Source of the DNA: an uncultured Lishizhenia sp. | Lineage (GTDB): Bacteria > Bacteroidota > Bacteroidia > Flavobacteriales_D > Crocinitomicaceae | Length of the DNA: 64,000 nt | Reading direction: 5' to 3' | Assembly: GCA_964636775.1 (NCBI GenBank) | Contig: CAZWSY010000003.1 | Location: forward strand, 17,259 to 81,258 | Notes under the pieces: model-generated | The model's input: the letters and a program-made list of their open reading frames with translations, nothing else | Told to the model about the DNA's origin: nothing | Databases searched by the model: none | Position numbers and translations under genes: made by a program | Part shown: one piece after another, positions 28,849 to 40,130 of the stretch | How positions within the stretch are numbered: the stretch's first letter is position 1 | Layout of the letters: the number at the start of each line of letters is the position of its first letter

Positions 28849-29413
28849 ATCTTATACCGACCTCGAATTGATAATTCACACTTGTACCTACCAAATTTTC
28901 AATTCTAAAAATATTAATTCCACTTCGAAATGAATTCAAGAACAACAGATTCGACCTACCGAAAATTGTGGTTAATCCTAAAAAGTAATTCGATGACAAA
29001 GAGCTTAAATCGAATAATTTGGACATATAAAAATTAGGTTCCACTTGAACAAAAGATGATTCAAAAAATCTTTTTCCCATGTGAAAGTCGAGTAAAACAT
29101 CCCTGCCATACGTAACAAAGATTGATTTTGAACTTTTTCCAACCCCAAAGCGAATACAAAAGCCTTGTTTATCCAACCCAAGTCGCAAAACTGGAAAAAT
29201 ATCCATTTGACGAAAATCAATGAGTGCGGAAGATGAAAATGAAACCCTTAAGGTGGTATCATGAAAAGAATAAAACCGAAAACAAATAAAGGTTATGCAG
29301 AATAAAATTACAGTCTTAGTCAAACTTTGGACACTTTTTACAAGCGTAACCTTTTGTCTTGTACTTTTTACAACACTTTTTCTTTTTATCGCAGCAACAA
29401 AGTTGTAATTCAC
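28838..29413 (-). CDS. Hypothetical small outer-membrane beta-barrel-like protein (start uncertain)
   Basis: The ORF opens with GTG at 29413. An in-frame TTG at 29323 would give a signal-like MTKTVILFCITFICF. Alternating hydrophobic pattern and an aromatic C-terminus (IRYVF). Overlaps the GDPD start by 11 nt. No family recognised. Confidence 0.35.
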   Translation of the reverse strand: MNYNFVAAIKRKSVVKSTRQKVTLVKSVQSLTKTVILFCITFICFRFYSFHDTTLRVSFSSSALIDFRQMDIFPVLRLGLDKQGFCIRFGVGKSSKSIFVTYGRDVLLDFHMGKRFFESSFVQVEPNFYMSKLFDLSSLSSNYFLGLTTIFGRSNLLFLNSFRSGINIFRIENLVGTSVNYQFEVGIRYVF

Positions 29414-29509
29414 ACTTTTCGATACTAATCTCGTTCACGACAGTTATTTAGAACAAATCTAAACAAAAAATCCCTCGAATGAATGGTTTTTTAGATTTTT
29501 TGAATCAAT

Positions 29510-30892
<1,383 letters not shown>

Positions 30893-30989
30893 TTAAAACT
30901 TGTGAAAGAAAGCTTTCGAATAATCTCATAACACCCGAAGTTAACACAAGAATGACTTTTTCGGCAACCTTTTTAAACAAACAAACGTT

Positions 30990-30997
30990 TATCTTTG
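30990..30997 (+). promoter_or_regulatory. -7 promoter box TATCTTTG upstream of the 884-aa surface-protein gene
   Basis: Exact TAnnTTTG match 17 nt upstream of the ATG at 31014. Confidence 0.55.
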
Positions 30998-31013
30998 CAC
31001 ACTAATTTTAAGA

Positions 31014-33668
31014 ATGAAAAATCTTTTCTTTTCCTTATTTATATTACTTTCTGTAAAAACAACAATTACTTCTCAAACTAACGCAACGGTATGTCTTGGA
31101 CAGGATGTAACTGTTTGTCCTGGTCAAAGTGTAACAATTAACGATTGTAACAGTGTAGGAGGTGGGGCTGGAGCTGGTACTGCCCCTTATTTGATTACCA
31201 CCATTCCTTACGCCCCGAATCCCTTCAATCAAGGTACTCCTATCACATTGTCTGATGATGCTGTTTCTCCTGTACAAAATATAGGTTTTTCTTTTTGTTT
31301 TTTCGGAAATACATACACTCAGTTTTACATTGGAAGTAATGGATGGGTTGGTTTTACTGCTGGACAAACCACCGCCTTTACATCGGCGCAAATCCCCTCA
31401 ACGGCTGCTTCAGTTCCGAAAAATTGTATCATGGCTCCCTGGCAAGATTGGCACCCTGGTACAGGTTCAGGTGGTCCTTATATCAGATACCAAACTTTAG
31501 GTACAGCTCCAAATAGAAGACTTGTTGTATCCTGGAATAACGTACCAATGTTTTCATGTACTTCAACTTTTGGTACGTTCCAAATTGTTTTATACGAAAC
31601 ATCTAATGTTGTTGAGACATTTATGATGAATAAGCCAAACTGTACTGGATGGGCAGGAGGAACTGCTACCCACGGTCTTCACAACCTTGCAGGAAACGTT
31701 GCAGTTGTAGTTCCAGGAAGAAATTCTTCTCAATGGACGACTACCAATGACGCAAGACGATTTACACCTGTAGCGCAATGGGCTAATACAGCAGGACAAA
31801 CTTTTCCTTATAACAATGGAACATTAAACATTCCCACACCTCCCGCTGGAACAACTGGTTATTTTCTTAGGGCAGGATGCAGTACTGGTAATGCGGGATC
31901 CATATCTGATACAACTTGGGTTACAGTTGTAAACCCTACAGTTAACGTTCAAGTTACAAATGATGCATGTACACAAAGTGTTGGAACAGCGACAGCAGTT
32001 ACTCCTACGACAGCCGCTGCACCATTAACTTATACTTGGTCAAACGCAGGAGGAAACGTTCAAACTATCAATAATCTTGCTGCTGGAACGTACACAGTTA
32101 CCGTTGTTGATGGAAATGGTTGTGTCGCATCAGGTTCTGGAACAGTTGTTGATCAACCTGTTACATTTTCTGCAACTTCAACTACAATTTTGTGCGCTGG
32201 AACTGCGACAGGAACTGCAACTGCGGTAGTAAATCCAGCTTCACCTATCGCAACTTATATATGGAGTAATGGTCAGACGACTCAGACAGCAGTTAACTTA
32301 ACCGCTGGTATTTACTCATGTACAATTAATGCTGGAGGCAACTGTATAGGAGTAGTTAATACAACAGTTACACAACTACCAGCATTACAGGCATCTATTG
32401 CCAGCCAAACAAATATAAGTTGTCATGCTTCAAATAATGGTGGTGCGAGCATTAATGCCTCTGGAGGTACCCCACCTTATAGTTATGCATGGAATAACTC
32501 AGCACAAACGACCAATGTTGTCAATGACTTACCTCCAGGTGCTAATACCGTTATTGTGTCAGATGTCAACAATTGTACGCAAACCTTAAACTTCAACCTT
32601 ACACAACCGAATGCGTTGAGTATTCCTGTTTTTCCGGTTGACACAGCAGTTTGTCAAGGAGGAAGCATTACTTTAAATGCAAATGGTACAGGAGGTTCTA
32701 CTCCCTACACCTATACATGGAGACTTGCGGGACAAGTAGTTGGTACTGGAAGTTCAATAACAGTAACCCCTCCTGTTGGAAATAATCAATATTGTTTAAC
32801 ACTTTCCGAAGAATGTGGTTCACCAGTAGCTGAAAGATGTGTAAATGTTATTGGAAGAGCACCTATCGTTCCTAATGTTGCCCCAAATAAATACCGCGAT
32901 TGTGCTCCTGGACGATTTATGTTTTCGAACAATTCAACCAATCAAACTGCAATTGCAACCACTCAATATACTTTCTCTAACGGTTCAAATTATTTAGTTC
33001 AAGGTTCAGAAAGTTTATTAGCAAATATTCCTGCAGTTGGCATTTATGATGTTGTAATGACTGTTACCTCAATTTACGGTTGCGTAGTTACCGATACATT
33101 TACAAACATTGTTCAAGTTGACCCAGTCCCTGAGGCTTCATTCCTTTTTACTAAGAATCCTGTTTCATGGTTTGAACCTGTAACTACGGCAAACAGCAAT
33201 TCAACTGGAGAAGTGGCAAATTTACTATGGTCATCAAATGATGCCATTTCCTTTGATCCAACAGGCGAATCCTCAACTTTCAACTTTCCAGAGGGTCAAA
33301 CAGGTATATACCCAATTCAATTAATTGCTGTTTCCCCACAAGGTTGTAGAGATACAATGATTGTTGATTTAATCGTTCAATCTGAGGTTTTACTGTATAT
33401 ACCAAATACGTTTACACCCGACAATGACGAACATAATCAAACTTGGAAATTTCATATTGAAGGAATTGATATTATGAATTTTAGAGTTGAAATATTCAAT
33501 CGTTGGGGAGAAAAAATTTGGGAGAGCAATGATCCTTTCGTTGAATGGGATGGAACTTACGGTGGATATAAAGTTCAAAAAGGGACTTACACTTGGAAAA
33601 TGACTTATAAAGAGAAAAATTCCGATGGTCGAACAACAAAAATGGGCACACTTAACGTTCTAAGATAA
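31014..33668 (+). CDS. T9SS cargo / surface protein: NIDO-like N-terminal domain, SprB-type repeats and a type-B CTD (884 aa)
   Basis: Signal peptide. Three SprB-like repeats (for example CHASNNGGASINASGGTPPYSYAWNN) at about nt 31968-32576. C-terminal LYIPNTFTPDNDEHNQTW...FNRWGEKIWES...EWDGTY...GTYTWKMTYK. Confidence 0.85.
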   Translation: MKNLFFSLFILLSVKTTITSQTNATVCLGQDVTVCPGQSVTINDCNSVGGGAGAGTAPYLITTIPYAPNPFNQGTPITLSDDAVSPVQNIGFSFCFFGNTYTQFYIGSNGWVGFTAGQTTAFTSAQIPSTAASVPKNCIMAPWQDWHPGTGSGGPYIRYQTLGTAPNRRLVVSWNNVPMFSCTSTFGTFQIVLYETSNVVETFMMNKPNCTGWAGGTATHGLHNLAGNVAVVVPGRNSSQWTTTNDARRFTPVAQWANTAGQTFPYNNGTLNIPTPPAGTTGYFLRAGCSTGNAGSISDTTWVTVVNPTVNVQVTNDACTQSVGTATAVTPTTAAAPLTYTWSNAGGNVQTINNLAAGTYTVTVVDGNGCVASGSGTVVDQPVTFSATSTTILCAGTATGTATAVVNPASPIATYIWSNGQTTQTAVNLTAGIYSCTINAGGNCIGVVNTTVTQLPALQASIASQTNISCHASNNGGASINASGGTPPYSYAWNNSAQTTNVVNDLPPGANTVIVSDVNNCTQTLNFNLTQPNALSIPVFPVDTAVCQGGSITLNANGTGGSTPYTYTWRLAGQVVGTGSSITVTPPVGNNQYCLTLSEECGSPVAERCVNVIGRAPIVPNVAPNKYRDCAPGRFMFSNNSTNQTAIATTQYTFSNGSNYLVQGSESLLANIPAVGIYDVVMTVTSIYGCVVTDTFTNIVQVDPVPEASFLFTKNPVSWFEPVTTANSNSTGEVANLLWSSNDAISFDPTGESSTFNFPEGQTGIYPIQLIAVSPQGCRDTMIVDLIVQSEVLLYIPNTFTPDNDEHNQTWKFHIEGIDIMNFRVEIFNRWGEKIWESNDPFVEWDGTYGGYKVQKGTYTWKMTYKEKNSDGRTTKMGTLNVLR

Positions 33669-34402
33669 TGAAGAAAATTATTTTAATTTTTGCAATTTCC
33701 ATGTCGGTGGTTTCTTGCCACATTCTTGAACAAGTAGCTGGAGTTGGCGTAGGGACAGCTAGTACCAATACCACGCCTAAGCTTTCAAATGAAGAAGTAA
33801 TTTCAGGGCTTAAAGAAGCTTTAAGTGTTGGCATTAAAAACAGTGTTAATCTTACCTCGGTAACGGATGGATTTTTAAAGAACAACAACATTCGTCTTCC
33901 TTTCCCTCCTGATGCTATTAAAGTGAAAGAAAAAGCTTTAGAGTTGGGCTTAACAGGTCAGGTAGAGAAATTTGAAACCACTTTGAATCGCGCAGCGGAG
34001 GAAGCAACTAAAGAAGCACTTCCAATATTTGCAGATGCCATTAAAAACATGAGTGTACAAGATGGATTTGCGATTTTGAATGGTGGAAATGGTGCTGCAA
34101 CAAAATTTCTTAAAGACCAAACCACTCAAAAACTTGTAACTGCTTTTTCTCCTAAAGTTAAAGAAGCTACATCCAAAGTAAAACTTACCGAATATTGGAA
34201 TCCGATTATCACCCGATACAACCAGGCAATGACATTTTCAGGTGGACAAAAATTAAATCCTGATTTAGATCAGTTTGTTACTGAACGAGCAATTTCCGGA
34301 CTATTTTTCATGGTCGAACAAGAGGAAAACAAAATTAGAAAAGACCCAGTCGCACGTGTGACAGACTTATTAGCAAAAGTGTTTGGTAGTTTGACTAATT
34401 AA
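33668..34402 (+). CDS. DUF4197-like lipoprotein
   Basis: Lipoprotein signal ISMSVVSC. LSNEEVISGLKEALSVGIKNSV...FLKNNNIRLPFPPDA resembles DUF4197 family proteins as I remember them. Its ATG overlaps the upstream TAA stop (TAATG). Confidence 0.5.
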   Translation: MKKIILIFAISMSVVSCHILEQVAGVGVGTASTNTTPKLSNEEVISGLKEALSVGIKNSVNLTSVTDGFLKNNNIRLPFPPDAIKVKEKALELGLTGQVEKFETTLNRAAEEATKEALPIFADAIKNMSVQDGFAILNGGNGAATKFLKDQTTQKLVTAFSPKVKEATSKVKLTEYWNPIITRYNQAMTFSGGQKLNPDLDQFVTERAISGLFFMVEQEENKIRKDPVARVTDLLAKVFGSLTN

Positions 34403-34409
34403 AAAGCAA

Positions 34410-35276
34410 ATGTCCTTCTACCCAGCAACAGATTTAGTATTAAACGCTCAATCAGAAGTTTATCATCTTGGATTAACCTCGGCCAATGTTGCAAAAAAAA
34501 TAATTGTTGTTGGTGACCAAGATCGCGTTGAGCTAGTTTCATCTTTTTTTGATGAAGTAAATTTCAGAAAACAACACAGAGAATTTGTATGCCATACTGG
34601 AATTTACAAAGACAAAAATATCAGCGTTCTTTCAACTGGTATTGGAACTGATAACATCGATATTGTAGTTAATGAATTAGATGCTATTTTTAATATAGAC
34701 CTCAGTTCAAGAACAGAAAAAGTTGAAAAAACCACACTTGAAATAGTTCGAATTGGTACTTGTGGAATTCTTCGTCCCGAAATTGATGTTCACAGTTACA
34801 TACTCTCCTCTCATGCACTTGGACTTGATAATATTGCGCATTTCTACAAATTAAATTTCAGTGATTTTGAAAGTAAGGTTGCTAAAGAATTACATTCTTG
34901 CATGGGTTTACCACAAACCATTCAACCCTACTTTGTCTCAGCTAACAAAGAATTAACAGCGCGTTTCGAATCTGAAAAAACACATAAAGGAATTACGATT
35001 ACAAGTTCTGGTTTTTATGGTCCTCAAGGAAGAAATCTGCGACTTGCTACACCTATCAGTAATATACATACTGCTTTAGAAACCTTTAACTACGAAGGTC
35101 TAAAAACCATGAATTTTGAAATGGAAAGCTCAGCACTTTTTGCCCTTGGTAGAGGGCTCGGTCATGCTTGCACAACCATTTGTTTGGGAATAGCTAACCG
35201 ACCTAAATTTGAATTTTCCAAAGGTTACAAAGAAGAAATGGACTCACTTATCCAGTATGTTTTAGATAGATTCTAA
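34410..35276 (+). CDS. Nucleoside phosphorylase (PNP/UDP family, uridine phosphorylase-like)
   Basis: YHLGL....[35 protein letters not shown] and [10 protein letters not shown] match the PNP_UDP_1 pattern. Confidence 0.7.
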   Translation: MSFYPATDLVLNAQSEVYHLGLTSANVAKKIIVVGDQDRVELVSSFFDEVNFRKQHREFVCHTGIYKDKNISVLSTGIGTDNIDIVVNELDAIFNIDLSSRTEKVEKTTLEIVRIGTCGILRPEIDVHSYILSSHALGLDNIAHFYKLNFSDFESKVAKELHSCMGLPQTIQPYFVSANKELTARFESEKTHKGITITSSGFYGPQGRNLRLATPISNIHTALETFNYEGLKTMNFEMESSALFALGRGLGHACTTICLGIANRPKFEFSKGYKEEMDSLIQYVLDRF

Positions 35277-35848
35277 ACCATTTGTTCTTCTATTCCCAAG
35301 ATTAAATTGTGAATTACCTTAATGTGTATTTCTTGCACACGGTCAGCGTATTTACTAAACGGTGCTCTAATTTCAACATCTGCAATTTTCGCAAGTTCAC
35401 CACCATCTTTTCCCGTTAAAGCAACAACTTTCATCCCTTGTTCTTTTGCAGACTTTGCCGCATTCAGTACATTTTCAGAATTACCGCTCGTAGAAATGGC
35501 AAGCAATACATCATCTTTTTTTCCAACAGCTTCAACAAATCTTGAAAAAACAAATTCGAAACCATAATCGTTGCCAACACACGTAATATGCGAAGGATCG
35601 GAAATTGAAATTGCTGCATACGCAGAACGATGATTTCTAAATCTGCCACTTAATTCTTCCGCGAAATGCATTGCATCACACATTGAACCACCATTTCCAC
35701 AACTGATTATCTTCCCTCCTATTTTCAATGTTTTGGACATCAATAAAATCGCCTCTTCAATTTTATCAATTGAACCAGACTGAATGAATGCCTCCAAAAC
35801 AGACTTCGACTCATTCAATTCTTCTAAAATTTGATTTTTCAAAGACAT
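35273..35848 (-). CDS. gmhA: D-sedoheptulose-7-phosphate isomerase (SIS domain)
   Basis: [35 protein letters not shown] and [10 protein letters not shown] are typical of GmhA. Confidence 0.8.
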   Translation of the reverse strand: MSLKNQILEELNESKSVLEAFIQSGSIDKIEEAILLMSKTLKIGGKIISCGNGGSMCDAMHFAEELSGRFRNHRSAYAAISISDPSHITCVGNDYGFEFVFSRFVEAVGKKDDVLLAISTSGNSENVLNAAKSAKEQGMKVVALTGKDGGELAKIADVEIRAPFSKYADRVQEIHIKVIHNLILGIEEQMV

Positions 35849-35850
35849 TT

Positions 35851-36330
35851 CTAACTTTTAAAGGTGAATTTCCTTTGCAATATATAGCTGATTACAACCA
35901 CAATACATGATGCAATCACATTCGCAATCGAAGGGTAAAACTGAAAAACTTCAATAAAAAGCTTTAATAAAACCCAACTGCAAATTGCTGATATTCCCGC
36001 ACTCATCGCATATCTTATCAGTTGAACTCTACCCTTCAACTCACTTTCGGTAAATACTACAAATTTCAATAAGGTAAATCCATAAATGAACGAGTAAATT
36101 GTGCAAACTATTGCAGAAAGTGTATATGGTGAAAATGTGAAATTAAAAAATCCAAAGTCTAGTGTGAAAAATTGTTTGTCAAAAATAAATTGATAACAAA
36201 CAAAGAATAAAACCCAACCAGTCAGCATATTTGAAACACCTACTACTGCATAGTAATAAGTTTTCTTATCGAAAATTTTAGAAAACAAAGGATAGAACAA
36301 ATCCAAAAAACGATGTATTCGCAACTCCAT
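35851..36330 (-). CDS. GtrA-family membrane protein
   Basis: About 159 aa with four TM helices, an N-terminal [18 protein letters not shown] and a C-terminal LQRKFTFK, both GtrA-like. The ATG at 36330 overlaps the upstream TAA by 1 nt. Confidence 0.6.
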   Translation of the reverse strand: MELRIHRFLDLFYPLFSKIFDKKTYYYAVVGVSNMLTGWVLFFVCYQFIFDKQFFTLDFGFFNFTFSPYTLSAIVCTIYSFIYGFTLLKFVVFTESELKGRVQLIRYAMSAGISAICSWVLLKLFIEVFQFYPSIANVIASCIVVVISYILQRKFTFKS

Positions 36331-37130
36331 TACCAACTCAATTCTAATTCGTAGCCTGTATGACGACGAATATTTAAAACTTGATTTCCATTCAAATACA
36401 AATACTGTCCACGAATTCCAGATAATTCCCCTGAAATTTCATTTGTCTTATCGAAATTCATTGAACTTACTTTTTGAGGATAATTTAAAACTGGGTAATT
36501 CAATTCATAAACTTCATCGTTTTCCGACCAAAATTGTTGTAAATCCCCTGGCATTTCTTCGGCAATTCTCCATTTCTCCTCCACCAAATCGGTATCATCA
36601 CCTGCTGCATTAGTGAGCATTTTTTGCCAATTGGTCTTATCCGAAAAATAATCTTTTAAAGCCACTTCAATTTCTCCAGCTAATTGTCTGTAAGGGACTT
36701 CTGCCAAAACTAGGGCTTTTGCTGCACCTTGGTCTAACCAACGAGTTATACTGTTTGAAGCCCTTGTAACACCAACCTTTACTGAATTTGTTGCAGCCAA
36801 ATAAACAACATGTGGTTGATTGTGATTTCTCATTTCAAAATCCAAATCGCGTCCTTCACCCAAATGAGCACGACACAATTCAGGACGAATTATACATTCA
36901 CTCGCTTGTGCTGAAGTAAGAAAACACTTGTAACACAATCCTTCACCAAAAGATTTATTCGTTTTCTTCCCACAATCTTGACACCAAATGTTTCCGTTCC
37001 AAAACAAGCGAATTTCCTTCCCAATCAATTCGTTAACATTCACAGAAAAATCATTTCGGGAAAAGAAATATTCCGCTTTCCTGTCACCGGATAGAGAAAC
37101 TTTCATTTTTTGTGCAACCCAATTCACCAT
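36330..37130 (-). CDS. DUF2797-like protein with a Cys4 zinc-ribbon
   Basis: 266 aa. CQDCGKKTNKSFGEGLCYKC zinc-ribbon-like motif. The family assignment is from memory only. Confidence 0.5.
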   Translation of the reverse strand: MVNWVAQKMKVSLSGDRKAEYFFSRNDFSVNVNELIGKEIRLFWNGNIWCQDCGKKTNKSFGEGLCYKCFLTSAQASECIIRPELCRAHLGEGRDLDFEMRNHNQPHVVYLAATNSVKVGVTRASNSITRWLDQGAAKALVLAEVPYRQLAGEIEVALKDYFSDKTNWQKMLTNAAGDDTDLVEEKWRIAEEMPGDLQQFWSENDEVYELNYPVLNYPQKVSSMNFDKTNEISGELSGIRGQYLYLNGNQVLNIRRHTGYELELSW

Positions 37131-37475
37131 CTATTCAGGTAGAATATTCATTTTTTCAGCAAAATGGAAACAGTAATCTCTCAAGTCTTCTGAAATATTA
37201 TGTTCTCCTGTTGCTTTTTCGAAAGTATCGGCCATCGTAAGTAAGGTTTGATGAAAAAATTGCTTCATCTCCTCCACTGTCATATCTTTTGTCCAAAGGT
37301 CAATTTTTAGTGTATTTTTCTCTTTTGGATCCCAAATCGATAATAAAAATGCGGATGCTGCCTGATTATCAACTCCACCATCAGTTGCTGTCCATTTCAT
37401 GGCTAGTGGGAGTCCGTTGGCATTTAAACCAACATCCACTTTTATTGTAGATTCTTTAGTGATTTTATCTTCCAT
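37131..37475 (-). CDS. gldC: Gliding motility protein GldC
   Basis: 114 aa with no signal peptide. IKVDVGLNANGLPLAMKWTATDGG resembles the GldC N-terminus. Lies 3 nt downstream of the GldB-like lipoprotein gene, as in the described gldB-gldC pair. Confidence 0.65.
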   Translation of the reverse strand: MEDKITKESTIKVDVGLNANGLPLAMKWTATDGGVDNQAASAFLLSIWDPKEKNTLKIDLWTKDMTVEEMKQFFHQTLLTMADTFEKATGEHNISEDLRDYCFHFAEKMNILPE

Positions 37476-37478
37476 AAT

Positions 37479-38480
37479 TTATTTGGCCTTGTATGATTGA
37501 AGAATTTCATTGTATGGTACCTCCAACAATTTATTCAACTCAATCTTTTTTTCCATTGCATAATTCGAAACGATAAGATAACCCATAAATTGTCCAATTC
37601 GGTCTGGACTTTCTTTAGGCAAACCTATTGAAAAAGGGCCTTCGTTTAATAAATGAACTCTTGTTTCTTCATCCGTTTTAAAAAGTAACTCCTCCTCTAC
37701 CATGAATTTCCAAATCGACTTTTGGCTATTCATTGCCCACTCCATTTGATTATGGAAATAACGTAGAATTGTTGCTTCATCCTCGTTAGGAAGTAATTGT
37801 TTGGTGATAAAAAGAATTTTTCCCCATCGAATCATTTCTGAAGCAAAATTTTCATCTGTTTCTTCTAAATAATTTGTCATTAACCAACCGGCAAAAACAT
37901 CTCTTTCCAAAAACCTGACATCCATTCCTTTTTTAATCCATGTATGAAACTGTTGTGATGGTAATTCTTGGATAACCTTATCTTGTCCGCCAACATATCT
38001 ATCCAAACCAACAACAATTTCCTTTTCCGTACAAAAAACACTTGCCGAAAAAAGACCATTTATAAAAAATAGATTTTGAGGAATCTTCTTTTTTGGAAAA
38101 AAAACTTTCATTCTTTTTATTCCTTCATCTAAATCTAATTTGACTTTATTCAAATCGATACGATTAATGGATTTACTGAGTCGTTTAATGTATTTGTCCT
38201 TTTTAAAATCGTTTGTTTTTCTTAAAAAGGTTGAATCAGGTTGAATAGGAATTCCCAAACAATAACCAAAACTAAAGTCCATTACTTCGCGGTGCTTACG
38301 TTTCCATTCAGAAATTCTACAAAGCAAGTCGCTATCAGAGGAGGTCATCACAATAGAATCAATATTCAAATATGACCAATCCTTTTTTACATTTTCCGTG
38401 GAGATTTCATAAGGATTTGACGAACAACTGGACAAGATATAAACAAACGTTATGAGAAGAGAGAAAAACCAAAAGCGCAT
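37479..38480 (-). CDS. gldB: Gliding motility lipoprotein GldB
   Basis: Start moved to the ATG at 38480 (MRFWFFSLLITFVYILSSC, lipoprotein signal); the track start at 38534 leaves no intergenic space. About 333 aa, immediately upstream of gldC, with nadE nearby as I recall for Flavobacterium johnsoniae. Confidence 0.6.
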   Translation of the reverse strand: MRFWFFSLLITFVYILSSCSSNPYEISTENVKKDWSYLNIDSIVMTSSDSDLLCRISEWKRKHREVMDFSFGYCLGIPIQPDSTFLRKTNDFKKDKYIKRLSKSINRIDLNKVKLDLDEGIKRMKVFFPKKKIPQNLFFINGLFSASVFCTEKEIVVGLDRYVGGQDKVIQELPSQQFHTWIKKGMDVRFLERDVFAGWLMTNYLEETDENFASEMIRWGKILFITKQLLPNEDEATILRYFHNQMEWAMNSQKSIWKFMVEEELLFKTDEETRVHLLNEGPFSIGLPKESPDRIGQFMGYLIVSNYAMEKKIELNKLLEVPYNEILQSYKAK

Positions 38481-38497
38481 TGAATGTGTTAAATCTT

Positions 38498-38505
38498 TAT
38501 TTTTG
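38498..38505 (+). promoter_or_regulatory. -7 promoter box TATTTTTG upstream of the beta-barrel gene
   Basis: Matches TAnnTTTG, 30 nt upstream of the ATG at 38535. Confidence 0.5.
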
Positions 38506-38534
38506 CCCAAAAGTAACATAAAAACACCGACCAC

Positions 38535-39335
38535 ATGAAAAGATTAAATGACCTTAAAATTGCGTTGGCAGGGGTATTGCTAGCGTCGGGAATGACAGTA
38601 AATGCTCAAAGTCAAGATATTTCAGAAAAAAGAGTTCAAGCTGGATTGACAAGTAATCTTGGTATGAATTTAATCACTATGGGGACCACACGAATGGAAG
38701 CTGACGGATTAGGGGGTAATTTTAGTATCGGAATCGTGTTGCATAGTTCTTTTAAAAGTTCTAAAAACTTGGGTATTGCAACAGGTTTAGATTTCGATTT
38801 TTCTACAACCAAATACACTTCTAAAGTCCCAACCTATTACCGCTACACTGACACTGAAATCCTTAAGAAGGAACAAAGTGGTGGAGATGTTTTTGTTTTA
38901 ACTGATAGAAGTCAAAAATCAACTTATGTTTCTATACCCTTAATGTTGTTGTTTAGAACAGACTTCATAGGAGATTTTAGATATTTTGGGAAATTTGGGA
39001 TTCGCAATTCATTTATGGTTGCGAACAAATTCAATGATTATGGTCAGGTACTAGGAACAGGAAACATGACAGAAAACAATGGAATGAAGTCTTCTGGAGA
39101 AGCGTTTTTCTATCAAGGTTCTGTTGGTTTGTCCGCTGGTGCGGAATGGAATTTTGTTGGTTCAACTGCTTTAGTTTTAGAAGGAGGATATTACTACGGC
39201 ATCACTCCACAATACCTTGATAGAAAAGACAATAAAAGAACTCTTTTTACGGTCGATTCAAACTTACAACCCCTCCACTTTTCGAATAAAGCCACAATGA
39301 GTCAAATTTTATTTAGAATCTCTCTATTGTTCTAA
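38535..39335 (+). CDS. Outer-membrane beta-barrel protein (PorT/OmpA-beta-barrel-like)
   Basis: Signal ALAGVLLASGMTVNAQ, alternating beta-strand pattern, and C-terminal aromatic residue (ISLLF). Confidence 0.6.
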   Translation: MKRLNDLKIALAGVLLASGMTVNAQSQDISEKRVQAGLTSNLGMNLITMGTTRMEADGLGGNFSIGIVLHSSFKSSKNLGIATGLDFDFSTTKYTSKVPTYYRYTDTEILKKEQSGGDVFVLTDRSQKSTYVSIPLMLLFRTDFIGDFRYFGKFGIRNSFMVANKFNDYGQVLGTGNMTENNGMKSSGEAFFYQGSVGLSAGAEWNFVGSTALVLEGGYYYGITPQYLDRKDNKRTLFTVDSNLQPLHFSNKATMSQILFRISLLF

Positions 39336-39344
39336 ACAAAGAAT

Positions 39345-40130
39345 TTGAAAGATATTATCACACATATTGTTGCGTGGCTTTCTGATTACGCTGATAAATC
39401 CTATTCTCAAGGTTTCGTAATCGGAATTTCTGGTGGTGTTGATTCTGCACTAACTTCCACTCTTTGTGCCTTAACGGGAAAAAAGACGATTCTTCTAAAT
39501 ATGCCCATTCGTCAGTCTCAAGCTGAGTATTTGCGTTCGAAAGAACATATCGAAAACCTTAAAAGTCGATTTTCTAATGTTATCGATTTTGAAATTAATC
39601 TGACTAAAGTTTTTGAAGAATTTGAGGCTACAATGCCATTTAACGCAGATGAAAATTGGTTATCATTGGCGAATTCTCGTTCACGATTGCGAATGACAAC
39701 TTTATATGCAGTTGCTCAGTCTCAAGGTTGCCTTGTTGCCGGAACGGGTAATAAAGTTGAAGATTTTGGTGTTGGTTTCTACACAAAATACGGTGATGGT
39801 GGAGTTGACCTTAGTCCCATTGCGGATTTGATGAAAACAGAGGTTTTTCGTCTTGCCAGAGAAGTTGGTGTTGTACAGTCCATTCTTGATGCCAAACCAA
39901 CAGACGGACTATGGCCTGACGGACGTAGTGACGAAGACCAGATTGGAGCAAGTTATCCTGAATTAGAATGGGCAATGGAATACAAAGGAGATGATGAACT
40001 TTCTGAACGTCAAAAAGAGGTGCTTACCATTTACAACAAATTTCATAATGCAAACAAGCACAAGATGTTGCCTATTCCAGTTTGCGAATTACCTGAAAAC
40101 TTAAAACAACTATTGAAAAAAAATCAATGA
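39345..40130 (+). CDS. nadE: NH3-dependent NAD+ synthetase
   Basis: FVIGISGGVDSALT PP-loop, GTGNKVEDFGVGFYTKYGDGG and KPTDGLWPDGRSDEDQIG. TTG start. Confidence 0.9.
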   Translation: MKDIITHIVAWLSDYADKSYSQGFVIGISGGVDSALTSTLCALTGKKTILLNMPIRQSQAEYLRSKEHIENLKSRFSNVIDFEINLTKVFEEFEATMPFNADENWLSLANSRSRLRMTTLYAVAQSQGCLVAGTGNKVEDFGVGFYTKYGDGGVDLSPIADLMKTEVFRLAREVGVVQSILDAKPTDGLWPDGRSDEDQIGASYPELEWAMEYKGDDELSERQKEVLTIYNKFHNANKHKMLPIPVCELPENLKQLLKKNQ

